64,000 nt of DNA, taken from NCBI GenBank assembly GCA_963819095.1, contig CAWFUO010000006.1, positions 1,280,002 to 1,344,001 on the forward strand, given 5' to 3'. Shown here in pieces: positions 50,516 to 60,010 of this stretch (position 1 is the stretch's first letter; each line of letters begins with the position of its first letter). The notes beneath the pieces were generated by a model. That model had not been told where the DNA came from, did not search any database, and worked only from the letters and a program-made list of their open reading frames with translations. A program made the position numbers and the translations under genes. The DNA comes from Candidatus Dormiibacterota bacterium (GTDB taxonomy: Bacteria; Chloroflexota; Dormibacteria; Aeolococcales; Aeolococcaceae).

Positions 50516-53500
50516 GTGGTTTGTTCGAACTGCGGCGAGAACAACGGTCCGGATCGCAAGTTCTGCGGAGAGTGCGGGGCGGCGCTGGCTCGCGTCTGCG
50601 CAGCATGCGGTGCGACCAATCCGGTCACAGTCAAGTTCTGTGGCGAGTGCGGTGCGCCCATTGGCACAGCCACCCTCAATGTCGCCTCCGCCTCACCCGG
50701 GGTCTTCCCACGCAATCACGAGTTCCACGGCGGTCCTGGCCGAGATCCGTCTCGTCTCGGTCCTTTTCGCGGACTTGGTCGGATTCACGGCACTCTCCGA
50801 GCAACGGGATCCCGAAGAGGTCCGCGAACTCTTGTCGCGGTACTTCGATGTCTGCCGGGGTCTGATCGAGCGCTACGGCGGGACGGTCGAGAAGTTCATC
50901 GGAGACGCGGTCATGGCCGTATGGGGCGCGCCGGTTGCGACCGAGGATGATGCCGAGCGAGCCGTTCGAACTGGGCTGGAACTGGTGGCCGCCGTCAGTG
51001 CGCTCGGTGCCGACCTCGGCGCTCCGAACCTTCGCGCTCGAGCCGGGGTGCTGACGGGCGATGCCGCGGTGACCCTGGGCGCGACGGGCCAGGGGATGGT
51101 CGCCGGGGATCTGGTGAACACGGCGTCCCGGCTCCAGTCGGCAGCCGCGCCCGGAACCGTGCTGGTCGGCGACGCAACGATGCGCGCGGCCAGCCAGGCG
51201 ATCGCGTTCACACCGCTCGATCCCCTCACCCTCAAGGGAAAGGAGGCGCCGGTGCCCGTCTGGCGGGCAGAGCGGGTCGTCGCCCAGCGACGTGGGGTGG
51301 GGCGATCGGAACGAGCCGAACCGCCGTTTGTAGGACGAGGGGAGGAGCTCCGCCTTCTCAAAGAGCTGCTCCAGGCGACCATCCGCGAACAGCGGAGTCG
51401 CGTGGTCTCGGTCACCGGGGTAGCCGGCATCGGCAAGAGCCGTCTGGCCTGGGAGTTTCTCAAATACGTCGACGGTCTGGCCGCGACCGTGTACTGGCAA
51501 CAGGGACGCTCACCGTCATATGGCGAGGGAATCACCTTCTGGGCCCTGGGCGAGATGGTTCGCATGCGCGCCGGGATCGCCGAGGGTGAGGATCCGATCG
51601 AAGCGCGATCGAAGCTGGCTGCCTCGGTCGCGGAGTTCGTCGCCGAGGACGAGGAACGGCGCTGGGTCGAGCAGGCGCTCGCCTACCTGCTCGGGCTTGC
51701 AGACGCACCAGGAGGCGACCGCGAGGAGCTCTATTCCGCATGGCGCACATTCTTCGAGCGCGTTGCTGACCAAGGCCCCACCGTTCTCGTCTTTGAAGAC
51801 ATGCAGTGGGCGGATCCGGGACTCATCGACTTCATCGAGTCGATCGTTGAGTGGTCGCGCAATCGAGCCATCTTCATGCTCACGCTCTCGCGTCCGGAGC
51901 TCCTCCAGCGGCGACCGACGTGGGGAGCCGGCCAGCGTTCCTTCACCGCGCTCCATCTCGAACCCCTTGACCAGGAGTCGATGGCCACGTTGCTTCGCGG
52001 CTTCGTTGCCGGCATTCCGGAGCCACTTGTGGAGCAGGTGCTGCACCGCGCGGAGGGGGTTCCCCTCTATGCGGTCGAGACCATCCGCATGCTCGTCGAC
52101 CGGGGCCAGTTGACTGAACGGGACGGCGTGCTGACGGTCACCGGAACGCTGGGGAGGCTGGAGATCCCCGACACCCTTCATGCGCTGATCGCCTCACGGC
52201 TTGATGGAATTTCTGCGCGAGAACGCGCGCTGCTTCAGGACGCCGCGGTGCTCGGCCAGACCTTCTCGGTCGCCGCCCTGGCTGCGGTTTCGGGCCGGGA
52301 GCCGGACGGTCTGGCCGCCCCACTTCGAGACCTGGTGCGCAAGGAACTGCTGGGGCTCGACACCGATCCGCGCTCGCCCGAAAGGGGCCATTACGGATTC
52401 GTCCAGGGACTGATCCGGGAGGTCGCGTACGGGACACTCGCCAAGCCGGAACGCCGGACCAAACACGTCGCTGCCGCCGGCTATTTCGAGGGCTTGGAGG
52501 ACGAGGAGCTGGTCGGCCTTGTGGCAAGCCACTATGCCGAGGCACACCGCGCCACCGGCGAGGGCCCCGAGAGAGACGCCCTCGGCGCACGAGCGCGGGA
52601 GTGGCTCACCCTCGCAGGTCGGCGAGCCCTTGCACTCGGATCCTCGGATCAGGCGCTCGCCTATTTGGAGCAGGCGCTGGCCCTCACGCAGAATCCCATC
52701 GAGCGTGCGGAACTCCTCGATGTCACGGGTGACGCCGCCTACCGAGCCGATGCGTTTGAACGGTCGCTCGAGCTATACGAGGCGGCGATCACCAGCCACA
52801 CGGATGCAGGGGACCTCGATACGGCGGGACGGAGCACCGCCCGGCTCGTCGAAGTGCTCAGCAATGGCTTGCAGCGGATTGCTGAAGCAGTTGTTCGGGC
52901 CGAATCCGCCTTGTCACAGCTCGGCGATCATGGAAGTGAGCGGACGCGCGCCGAGCTCGCATCCACGCTCGCATTCGTGCACTCGGTCAGCGGCGACTCC
53001 GCAGCATCCCTTGAATGGGCGGAGCTGTCGTGCAAGCTGGCGGAACGGCTCGATGACGTCGAACTGCTCGGTCGAGCGATCGGTGCGAAGTCAGCGGCAA
53101 TGTACCGGCTCGGAAGGCACCGCGAGGCCCTGATGCTCGCCCGCGGCCGGATGGCCCTGGCACACGAGGCCGGGTCACTGCTCGAGCAGGCGTCGGCGAC
53201 TCTCTACGTTTCTGTCTTCGCGCTCGACGAGGACCCTCACGAGGCGATTCGCATCCAGCTCGAGGCTGCTGAACTGGCTCGGCGCGCAGGGGCTCGCGGC
53301 CAGGAAACGATCAGCCTCCTGAACGCCGCGGAGGGGGCGATCGGCTTGGGTCATTGGGAGGAAGCCCGGGCGGCGCTCGCCGCGCTCCGCCAGCGTGACA
53401 TGCCCTCCCCGCGACAGGTCCAGCTTGCCCTCTGCGAGGCGATCCTCGCTGCGCTCAGTGGCGACGCCGCATTTGCCTTCGAGCAGCTCGAGGCCACTGC

Positions 53501-54029
53501 GGAGACAGCTCAGAGCGAGAACCTGGTGGCTCGATCCAACTTCTTTCTCATGCGAGCCACCGTGGAGCTGGCCTCCGGCAACCTCGAGAACGCGTACCAG
53601 AGCGCGGCCGCTGCTCTTACAGCCGAGCTCTCAGGGATCAACAGCCCAGGAGCGCTGGTGATCCAGATGCGAGCAGCGCTCTGGCTCGGCGATCCGGCCC
53701 GGGCGCGGGAGGCGCTCACCGGCATGCAGGGTTTCCGCGGGCGCTGGATGGCGGCGGCCCGGCTCACCGCGGAGGCGGGACTTGCCGCCCTTGACGGCAA
53801 GCACGATGACTCAGCCGCGGCGTACGCACGCGCGCTCGACGCGTGGCGCGCGCTCGACTCGCCGCTTGATCTAGGCCTGTGCGCCCTCGACCGCGCAGTG
53901 CTCCGTGCGCCGCATGTGGAGCCGGGCACGGAGGACGACGAGGCGCGCGAGATCTTCACGAAGCTCGGCGCTCTTCCACTCCTGGCCCGACTGGATCGCG
54001 CGAGTTCAGCCGCGAGCAAGGCCGGTTGA
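50516..54029 (+). CDS. double zinc-ribbon / class III adenylate-guanylate cyclase / AAA(STAND) ATPase / TPR-like repeat protein; apparent single frameshift at ~50.70 kb
   Basis: VVCSNCGENNGPDRKFCGECGAAL..CAACGATNPVTVKFCGECG is in one frame. VSVLFADLVGFT...KFIGDAVMAVWG (cyclase), GVAGIGKSRL (P-loop) and long helical repeats are in the next. They join if the G4 run at ~50698 is G3. Length is 3n+1. Confidence 0.8.
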
Positions 54030-54031
54030 GC

Positions 54032-54056
54032 CGCAAGCCCGCTGCTTGCGCCTTTT
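54032..54056 (+). terminator. intrinsic terminator candidate
   Basis: CGCAAGC-CCGCT-GCTTGCG followed by CCTTTT, 3 nt after the cyclase gene stop. Confidence 0.5.
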
Positions 54057-54129
54057 GACGCGATCGGCAATACTGTCAACAGGTGGCGCGGGGGCGCCGG
54101 AAGGGGTTTGATTCAATCGGGGGATTGAG

Positions 54130-54294
54130 ATGTCGACCATGTCGACCAATTGGCGACGTCAGCGTCGTCTTCGTGCCGTTGCGCACTACGGGGTCACGCT
54201 CGTGACGCTCGCGCTGGTTGTGGCCTTGGCGCAGATCGTCGGCCACGATGCCGGCAACATCTTCGCGAACGTCAGTCAGGGGCTGTCGTACTGA
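54130..54294 (+). CDS. small single-TM protein (54 aa), speculative
   Basis: MSTMSTNWRRQRRLRAVAHYGVTLVTLALVVALAQIVGHDAGNIFANVSQGLSY. Basic N-terminus plus one TM helix. A purine-rich stretch lies upstream. Below the ORF-track cutoff. Confidence 0.3.
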   Translation: MSTMSTNWRRQRRLRAVAHYGVTLVTLALVVALAQIVGHDAGNIFANVSQGLSY

Positions 54295-54655
54295 CGACGT
54301 GCGCCAGGCTTTCGGGATCCGTCCCGATGTACCTGGCGAGGCTCACCGGCTCATGGCCGGTGAGCGTGCACACATCGCCGCTCACAGGTGAGAGGGCGTT
54401 CGCGGCGATGCCCGCGTTCGTCGTGACCCACCCGTCGATCACCGAGTCGGGCGCGCCGTACCTCGCGCGTGATGCGTACGCCTCGTCCATGGGCTCGTTG
54501 TGAAAGCGAGGTACCTTCCCGGAGACCCGGGGCACGACCTCGGCTGCCTTGGTGAATGTAAGTGCTTCAGGGCAGGTGAGGTCGTCCGTCTTTCCAAGGT
54601 GGCCGTCTCCGAGCAGGCTCGCAACGGCGCTCTCCTCGACATCATCGCGGAGCAC
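54272..54655 (-). pseudogene. C-terminal fragment of an NmrA-like / NAD(P)H-binding (atypical SDR) protein
   Basis: ..DLTCPEALTFTKAAEVVPRVSGKVPRFHNEPMDEAY...VCTLTGHEPVSLARYI resembles the C-terminal third of NmrA-family proteins. No Rossmann N-terminus lies upstream. Confidence 0.45.
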
Positions 54656-54685
54656 CGCGGCGACAAACCGCCGCTGCGCGACGTG

Positions 54686-55324
54686 TCAGGCGGCTGACGT
54701 CTGCGCTGCGCCGGCGGCGCCGGGTTCCGGCGGCATCACGAAGCCGACCTCGAGCGCTGCGGCCAAGGCGCGAAGCCGCGCGTAGAAGCCCGCAGTATGC
54801 GGCGAGCGGGGGAGTCGCAGTCCGGCGAAATCGTGGTGATGCTCCCACTCGTGGAGCAGCGTGTTGAGAAACACCTTGGTGGTGATCACCTGCTGACGCA
54901 CTGCGGTCTTGTGGTAGATGCGGATGCGGGCCGTTTTCACGGCGCCGTCGGCAAAGGTGCACCGGTAGAACCCGTAGGTCTTGCTCTGAAGCCGCTGTCC
55001 GTTGTGCGAATGCACCTGGGCTCGATCGGCCACCACCAGGTCGCAATGGGGGAGGCCGGCAAGCGTATCGAGCTCATCAATGAGGAGCTGGCCGAGCCGC
55101 TTGCGTTCCACCGGATCTTCTGAGGAATCGATGATGCGGAGCGCCAGCCCGCGCGCGATCGCGCTCGGTTGGACCGGCAGCCCGATGGCGCTCTGGCTCC
55201 GGCGATAGGTGGCGTCGGGACGTCGACCGAACATCTGCTCCGGGAGTATACGGCCGCCCCGGAGCCGAAAGCCCGGACAGTGCCGCTCCGGGCCAGGGCG
55301 CGCGCTGACCCATAGAATCCGCAT
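54686..55324 (-). CDS. hypothetical protein with HExxH (SprT/WLM-like) metallopeptidase-type motif
   Basis: ..YGFYRCTFADGAVKTARIRIYHKT...TLLHEWEHHHDF. The longest start abuts tRNA-Leu; the true start is probably internal (e.g. M at 55234). Confidence 0.45.
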   Translation of the reverse strand: MRILWVSARPGPERHCPGFRLRGGRILPEQMFGRRPDATYRRSQSAIGLPVQPSAIARGLALRIIDSSEDPVERKRLGQLLIDELDTLAGLPHCDLVVADRAQVHSHNGQRLQSKTYGFYRCTFADGAVKTARIRIYHKTAVRQQVITTKVFLNTLLHEWEHHHDFAGLRLPRSPHTAGFYARLRALAAALEVGFVMPPEPGAAGAAQTSAA

Positions 55325-55409
55325 GCCGGGCTGGCGAAATGGCAGACGCGGCGGTCTTAAAAACCGCTGGGGGGAAACCCTCGTCCGGGTTCAATTCCCG
55401 GGCCCGGTA
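55325..55409 (+). tRNA. tRNA-Leu (anticodon TAA)
   Basis: GCCGGGCTGGCGAAATGGCAGACGCGGCGGTCTTAAAAACCGCTGGGGGGAAACCCTCGTCCGGGTTCAATTCCCGGGCCCGGTA. Anticodon loop CTTAAAA, long variable arm, T-loop TTCAATT. Confidence 0.85.
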
Positions 55410-55411
55410 GT

Positions 55412-55431
55412 CTCATTTGAGTTCAAATGAG
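55412..55431. promoter_or_regulatory. perfect AT-rich palindrome immediately 3' of tRNA-Leu (tRNA terminator hairpin or element-end site)
   Basis: CTCATTTGA-GT-TCAAATGAG, with 9-nt arms that are exact reverse complements. Confidence 0.4.
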
Positions 55432-55482
55432 GCCGCGGTGGGCCGCTGAGAGTGAGCTGCTTGGTTGACGCCAGCATGCCAA

Positions 55483-55519
55483 TACCCCTAATGTACCCCT
55501 ACAGGACCCCTACAGATTC
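55483..55519 (+). repeat. three direct copies of (T)ACCCCTA(C/A)AG upstream of int-1
   Basis: TACCCCTAATG / TACCCCTACAG / ACCCCTACAGATTC, ending 12 nt before the int RBS. Two copies occupy the equivalent position before int-2 (58087-58112). Confidence 0.7.
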
Positions 55520-55531
55520 AGGGAGGACAGG

Positions 55532-56699
55532 GTGACGAGCAGGCGCCGAGGCCTTGGCGAAGGGACGATCCGGGAGCGACGCCCGGGCCAGTGGGAGGCG
55601 CGCGTCACGGTCGGCTTCGACGCGAGAGGTCGCCAGGTCCGGCGCAGCCTCTATGGCAAGAGCCGCGCCGACGCGGTCGCGAAGATGAATGCGGCAATCC
55701 GCGGGCTCGCTCTCGGGGTGGCACCGGCCTCCGACCGGCAGACGGTGGGTGACTTTCTCGGCACCTGGATCGAGGGACAGACCAGCATCCGCCCGACCAC
55801 CATGCGGCGGTACCGCAGCCTCATCAAGTACCAGCTGATTCCTCTCTTGGGGAGGGTCAAGCTGGCGCAGCTGACCCCGCAGCAGGTGAACCTCGCGATG
55901 CGGCAGGCGCTCGCCGGCGGCCTGGCGCCGCAAACCGTCAACCATGCCCGCGCGGTCCTGCGTTCGGCCCTGGCTGACGCGCAGCGATGGGGCACGGTGG
56001 CTCGCAACGCCGCAGCCCTCGCCGAGCCGCTCGAGGTGTCCGCGACGAGGGCGGCCGCAATGCGCCCCGAGGAAGCGCGAGCGATCCTCGACGCCTTTCG
56101 CGATACCGAGCTGGAGGCGGTCGTGGGCACGGCCCTGTATCTCGGCATGCGTCAGGGCGAGATCCTCGGACTGCGCTGGGACGATGTCGACCTCGAGCGC
56201 AAGGTGCTGCGAGTGACCGGCGCGCTGCACCGCATCCCTCGTGACCAGCGATCCGACCCGGAGGTGCTCTTCAAGATCCTCGAGCCAAAGACGAAGCGGT
56301 CTCGGCGGACGTTGCGGATTCCCGATCCCCTGGTCGACGCTGCTCACAGTTCAGCGGCAGCGGCAGCGCGAGGCTCGCCTCCGCATCGGATCGGCATGGC
56401 ACGAGCCGATCGCCGGGCTTGTGTTCACGCGCCCCACCGGTGATCCCGTGGAGGCGACGGGGATGACTCATCGCTTCGAGAACGGCCTTTGCCGAGCCGG
56501 CCTGACCGTGCGTCGCTTCCACGATTTGCGCCACGCCGCCGCGACCCTGATGCTGGCGAGCGGGACGGAGCTGAAGGTGGTCAGCACTGTGCTCGGACAC
56601 TCCACGATCGGCATCACGGCCGACACGTACGCAGACGTCCTCCAGGAGATGTACGACGACGCGGCCGACCGGCTCACCCGCCTGATCACCACGGGTTGA
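55532..56699 (+). CDS. int: tyrosine-type site-specific integrase, copy 1; frame break at 56.32-56.345 kb
   Basis: N-terminal SAM-like/core-binding part plus LYLGMRQGEILGLRWDDV (Arg I) in frame 1. AWHEP..VFTRPTG..RRFHDLRHAAATLML..LGHSTIGITADTYAD (HxxR, catalytic Tyr) in frame 3. Length is 3n+1. A C4 run lies at 56327-56330. Confidence 0.85.
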
Positions 56700-56700
56700 C

Positions 56701-56970
56701 GTGCCGCGGATCAGCGCCTTCTACGGCATCGTCATCACCATGTACTGGGAGACCGGCGGGCAACACCATGCGGCCCACTTTCACGCGACCTATGGGGAGC
56801 ATGAGGCCTCGATCGGAATCGAGCCGCTGGTGGTGCTTGACGGTTCGCTGCCGGTTCGGGCGCTTGGGCATGTCATGGAATGGGCGGCCCTGCACGAGCA
56901 GGAGCTGCGAGACAACTGGCAACGTGTGATCGAACGCACGGCGCTGGCGTCCATCGAGCCGCTCGCATAG
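56701..56970 (+). CDS. DUF4160 domain-containing protein, copy 1
   Basis: PRISAFYGIVITMYWETGGQHHAAHFHATYGEHEASIGI...LPVRALGHVMEWAALHEQELRDNW. The GTG start lies 1 nt after the int stop. Confidence 0.8.
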   Translation: MPRISAFYGIVITMYWETGGQHHAAHFHATYGEHEASIGIEPLVVLDGSLPVRALGHVMEWAALHEQELRDNWQRVIERTALASIEPLA

Positions 56971-56979
56971 GATTGGGAG

Positions 56980-57231
56980 ATGGTCAAGGTCACGCGCGTG
57001 GAACGCCTCGGCGAGTACCGGCTCCGTCTCACGTTCAGCGACGGGGTCGTCGGCGACATCGACCTGGCCGACGAGCTCTGGGGTGAGATGTTCGAGCCGC
57101 TCCGTGATATTGCTCAGTTCAACAGGGTCAGCGTGGATCCAGAGCTGGGCACGCTGGTGTGGGCGAACGGTGCAGACCTCGATCCGGAGGGGCTTCACGA
57201 CGCGGTGCGACCGGTACAACCGGCGAGCTGA
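56980..57231 (+). CDS. DUF2442 domain-containing protein, copy 1
   Basis: VTRVERLGEYRLRLTFSDGVVGDIDLADELWGEMFEPLRDIAQFNRVSVDPELGTLVWANGADLDPEGL. Confidence 0.8.
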   Translation: MVKVTRVERLGEYRLRLTFSDGVVGDIDLADELWGEMFEPLRDIAQFNRVSVDPELGTLVWANGADLDPEGLHDAVRPVQPAS

Positions 57232-57250
57232 CGCGGCTCGAACCCGAGGG

Positions 57251-57412
57251 TCACGCGGTCTGCTCGTCGACCCAGCGGCGCAGCGCATCGCGCGGTACGC
57301 GGAGTGCGCGTCCGACGCGGATAACGGGGATGGAGCCCGACCGCAACAGCTCGTAGGTGCGTGTGCGACCGAGTTGCAGTTCAGCTTCAACGTCACGAAC
57401 GGTGAGCAGCAT
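57251..57412 (-). CDS. xis: excisionase-family helix-turn-helix protein, copy 1
   Basis: MLLTVRDVEAELQLGRTRTYELLRSGSIPVIRVGRALRVPRDALRRWVDEQTA (MerR-like excisionase HTH). Convergent with the int operon. Confidence 0.8.
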   Translation of the reverse strand: MLLTVRDVEAELQLGRTRTYELLRSGSIPVIRVGRALRVPRDALRRWVDEQTA

Positions 57413-58058
57413 CGGAGTGCGCGTCGATGCAGGCGCAATGCCAACAGTTGGCGTCGTGGCCGACTTGCGCTAGTGGCGCTGGGCGTGGTGGGCGTTCCGC
57501 GTCGGCCTCGTACACCCGCGTCAGCGTGGACTATGGTGTGTGCCTTGAAGCGACGTCAACTCATTGGAACTCCAGGGGAGATTCGCCTGCTGCACGCGGG
57601 GCATGGTACTGCGCATTTCGCCGGCATCCGGCGACACATCCGCAATAGCCATGGCACGAGCATGCCACGTATTCGCCTACGCAGCGCTTACATTCTTGAG
57701 CTTCCATGTAGCTGTGAAAGTCCGGCAGGTACTTGGCTCCGCGGGTCCAGCCTCACGTCGATACCATTCGGCGTGTCCGTCGGATGTTGGACCACGCCCC
57801 ACTGGTGGTCGTGGTACGACCGATGCAACGAGGCCGAGGAGGCCGAGTTGTCTTCCGGCCTCAGCAGCACCGCCGCGCGGGGAGGCGCGCAGCGCGTGCC
57901 GCGCGGGGTGGGGGGACCCGGCCTCCACGAGCCCCGCACCGGCAATCCGGCGCATCGCGCGCCGCTTCCCCGCATCACAGCCGGCACCACGACGAACTCC
58001 CCACAGACACAGCTCCACCGGCCTCACAGACACCGCTCCCACCCCCGCATTCATCACA

Positions 58059-58088
58059 CTTTTTTTTTTTTTTTTATAAAAAAATATA
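58059..58088 (+). other. 30-nt pure A/T tract (T17-A-T-A7-T-A-T-A) at the module A / module B junction
   Basis: Read directly: cac-TTTTTTTTTTTTTTTTT-ATAAAAAAATATA-cccc. Nothing comparable occurs elsewhere in the window. Confidence 0.95.
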
Positions 58089-58130
58089 CCCCTACAGTAC
58101 CCCTACAGATTCCGATGTTTGGAGGAAAGG

Positions 58131-59298
58131 GTGACGAGCAGGCGCCGAGGGCTTGGCGAAGGGACGATCCGGGAGCGACGCCCGGGACAGTGGGAGGCGC
58201 GCGTCACGGTCGGCTTCGACACGAGAGGCCGCCAGGTCCGGCGCAGCCTCTATGGCAAGAGCCGCGCCGATGCGGTCGCGAAGATGAACGCGGCCATCCG
58301 CGGGCTCGCTCTCGGGGTGGCACCGGCCTCCGACCGGCAGACGGTGGGCGACTTTCTCGGCACCTGGATCGAGGGGCAGACCAGCATCCGCCCGACCACC
58401 ATGCGGCGGTACCGCAGCCTCATCAAGTACCAGCTGATTCCTCTCTTGGGGAGGGTCAAGCTGGCGCAGCTGACCCCGCAGCAGGTGAACGTCGCCATGC
58501 GCCAGGCGGTCGCCGGCGGCCTGGCGCCTCGAACCGTCAACCATGCCCGCGCGGTCCTGCGTTCGGCCCTGGCTGACGCGCAGCGATGGGGCACGGTGGC
58601 TCGCAACGCCGCAGCCCTGGCCGAGCCGCTCGAGGTGTCCGCGACGAGGGCGGCCTCGGTGCGCCCCGAGGAAGCGCGAGCGATCCTCGACGCCTTTCGC
58701 GGTACCGAGCTCGAGGCGGTCGTGGGCACGGCCCTGTATCTCGGCATGCGTCAGGGCGAGATCCTCGGACTGCGCTGGGACGATGTCGACCTGGAGCGCA
58801 AGGTGCTGCGCGTCACCGGCGCACTGCACCGCATCCCTCGTGACCAGCGATCCGACCCGGAGGTGCTCTTCAAAATCCTCGAGCCCAAGACGAAGCGGTC
58901 TCGGCGGACGTTGCGGATTCCCGATCCCCTGGTCGACGCTGCTCGCAGTCCAGCGACAGCGGCAGCGCGAGGCTCGCCTCCACATCGGATCGGCATGGCA
59001 CGAGCCGATCGCCGGGCTGGTGTTCACGCGCCCCACCGGTCATCCGGTGGAGCCGACGGGGATGACCCATCGGTTCGAGAAGGGCCTTCGCCGAGCCGGC
59101 CTGACCGTGCGTCGCTTCCACGATTTGCGCCACGCCGCCGCGACCCTGATGCTGGCGAGCGGGACGGAGCTGAAGGTGGTCAGCACTGTGCTCGGACACT
59201 CCACGATCGGCATCACGGCCGACACGTACGCAGACGTCCTCCAGGAGTTGCACGACGACGCGGCCGACCGGCTCACCCGCCTGATCACCACGGGTTGA
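58131..59298 (+). CDS. int: tyrosine-type site-specific integrase, copy 2; same frame break (58.92-58.945 kb)
   Basis: Co-linear with copy 1 with scattered substitutions (e.g. DARG/DTRG, NLAMRQAL/NVAMRQAV). The C4 run at 58926-58929 is in the same context. GGAGGAAAGG precedes the GTG start. Confidence 0.85.
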
Positions 59299-59299
59299 C

Positions 59300-59569
59300 G
59301 TGCCGCGGATCAGCGCCTTCTACGGCATCGTCATCACCATGTACTGGGAGACCGGCGGGCAACACCATGCGGCCCACTTTCACGCGACCTACGGGGAGCA
59401 TGAGGCGTCGATCGGAATCGAGCCGCTGGTGGTGCTTGACGGTTCGCTACCGGTGAGGGCGCTCGGGCATGTCATGGAATGGGCGGCCCTGCACGAGCAG
59501 GAGCTGCGAGACAACTGGCAACGTGTGATCGAGCGCACGGCGCTGGCGTCCATCGAGCCACTCGCATAG
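59300..59569 (+). CDS. DUF4160 domain-containing protein, copy 2
   Basis: Protein identical to copy 1 in the ORF track. Confidence 0.8.
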   Translation: MPRISAFYGIVITMYWETGGQHHAAHFHATYGEHEASIGIEPLVVLDGSLPVRALGHVMEWAALHEQELRDNWQRVIERTALASIEPLA

Positions 59570-59578
59570 GATTGGGAG

Positions 59579-59830
59579 ATGGTCAAGGTCACGCGCGTGG
59601 AGCGCCTCGGTGAGTACAGCCTCCGGCTCACGTTCAGCGACGGGGTCGTCGGCGACATCGACCTGGCCGACGAGCTCTGGGGCGAGATGTTCGAGCCGCT
59701 CCGTGACATTGCTCAGTTCAACAGCGTCAGCGTGGATCCAGAGCTGGGCACGCTGGTGTGGCCGAACGGTGCAGACCTCGATCCGGAGGGGCTTCACGAC
59801 GCGGTGCGACCGGTACAACGGGCGAGCTGA
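59579..59830 (+). CDS. DUF2442 domain-containing protein, copy 2
   Basis: Four substitutions relative to copy 1 (R/S, R/S, A/P, P/R). Confidence 0.8.
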   Translation: MVKVTRVERLGEYSLRLTFSDGVVGDIDLADELWGEMFEPLRDIAQFNSVSVDPELGTLVWPNGADLDPEGLHDAVRPVQRAS

Positions 59831-59848
59831 CGCGGCTCGAACCCGGGG

Positions 59849-60010
59849 TCACGCGGTCTGCTCGTCGACCCAGCGGCGCAGCGCATCGCGCGGTACGCGG
59901 AGTGCGCGTCCGACGCGGATAACGGGGATGGAGCCCGAGCGCAACAGCTCGTAGGTGCGCGTGCGACCGAGTTGCAGTTCAGCTTCCACGTCGCGAACGG
60001 TGAGCAGCAT
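59849..60010 (-). CDS. xis: excisionase-family helix-turn-helix protein, copy 2
   Basis: Same 53-aa sequence as copy 1 from MLLTVRDV. A 20-codon upstream extension is possible (ORF track 59849-60070). Confidence 0.8.
   Translation of the reverse strand: MLLTVRDVEAELQLGRTRTYELLRSGSIPVIRVGRALRVPRDALRRWVDEQTA

Larger units (their letters stand above)
55483..58058 (+). repeat. tandem module A (int - DUF4160 - DUF2442 - xis plus ~650 bp)
   Basis: Gene starts and stops sit exactly 2599 nt (2598 for xis) from those of module B. About 97% nt identity over the stretches I compared by eye. Confidence 0.85.

Noticed and set aside
58059-58075. T17 run as a rho-independent terminator
   Set aside because: There is no GC-rich stem-loop immediately upstream on either strand.
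57083-58576. 497-aa forward ORF spanning the module junction and the poly-T tract (..HTFFFFFIKK..)
   Set aside because: It runs antisense through xis and out of frame through int-2, with a low-complexity Arg/Pro-rich translation.
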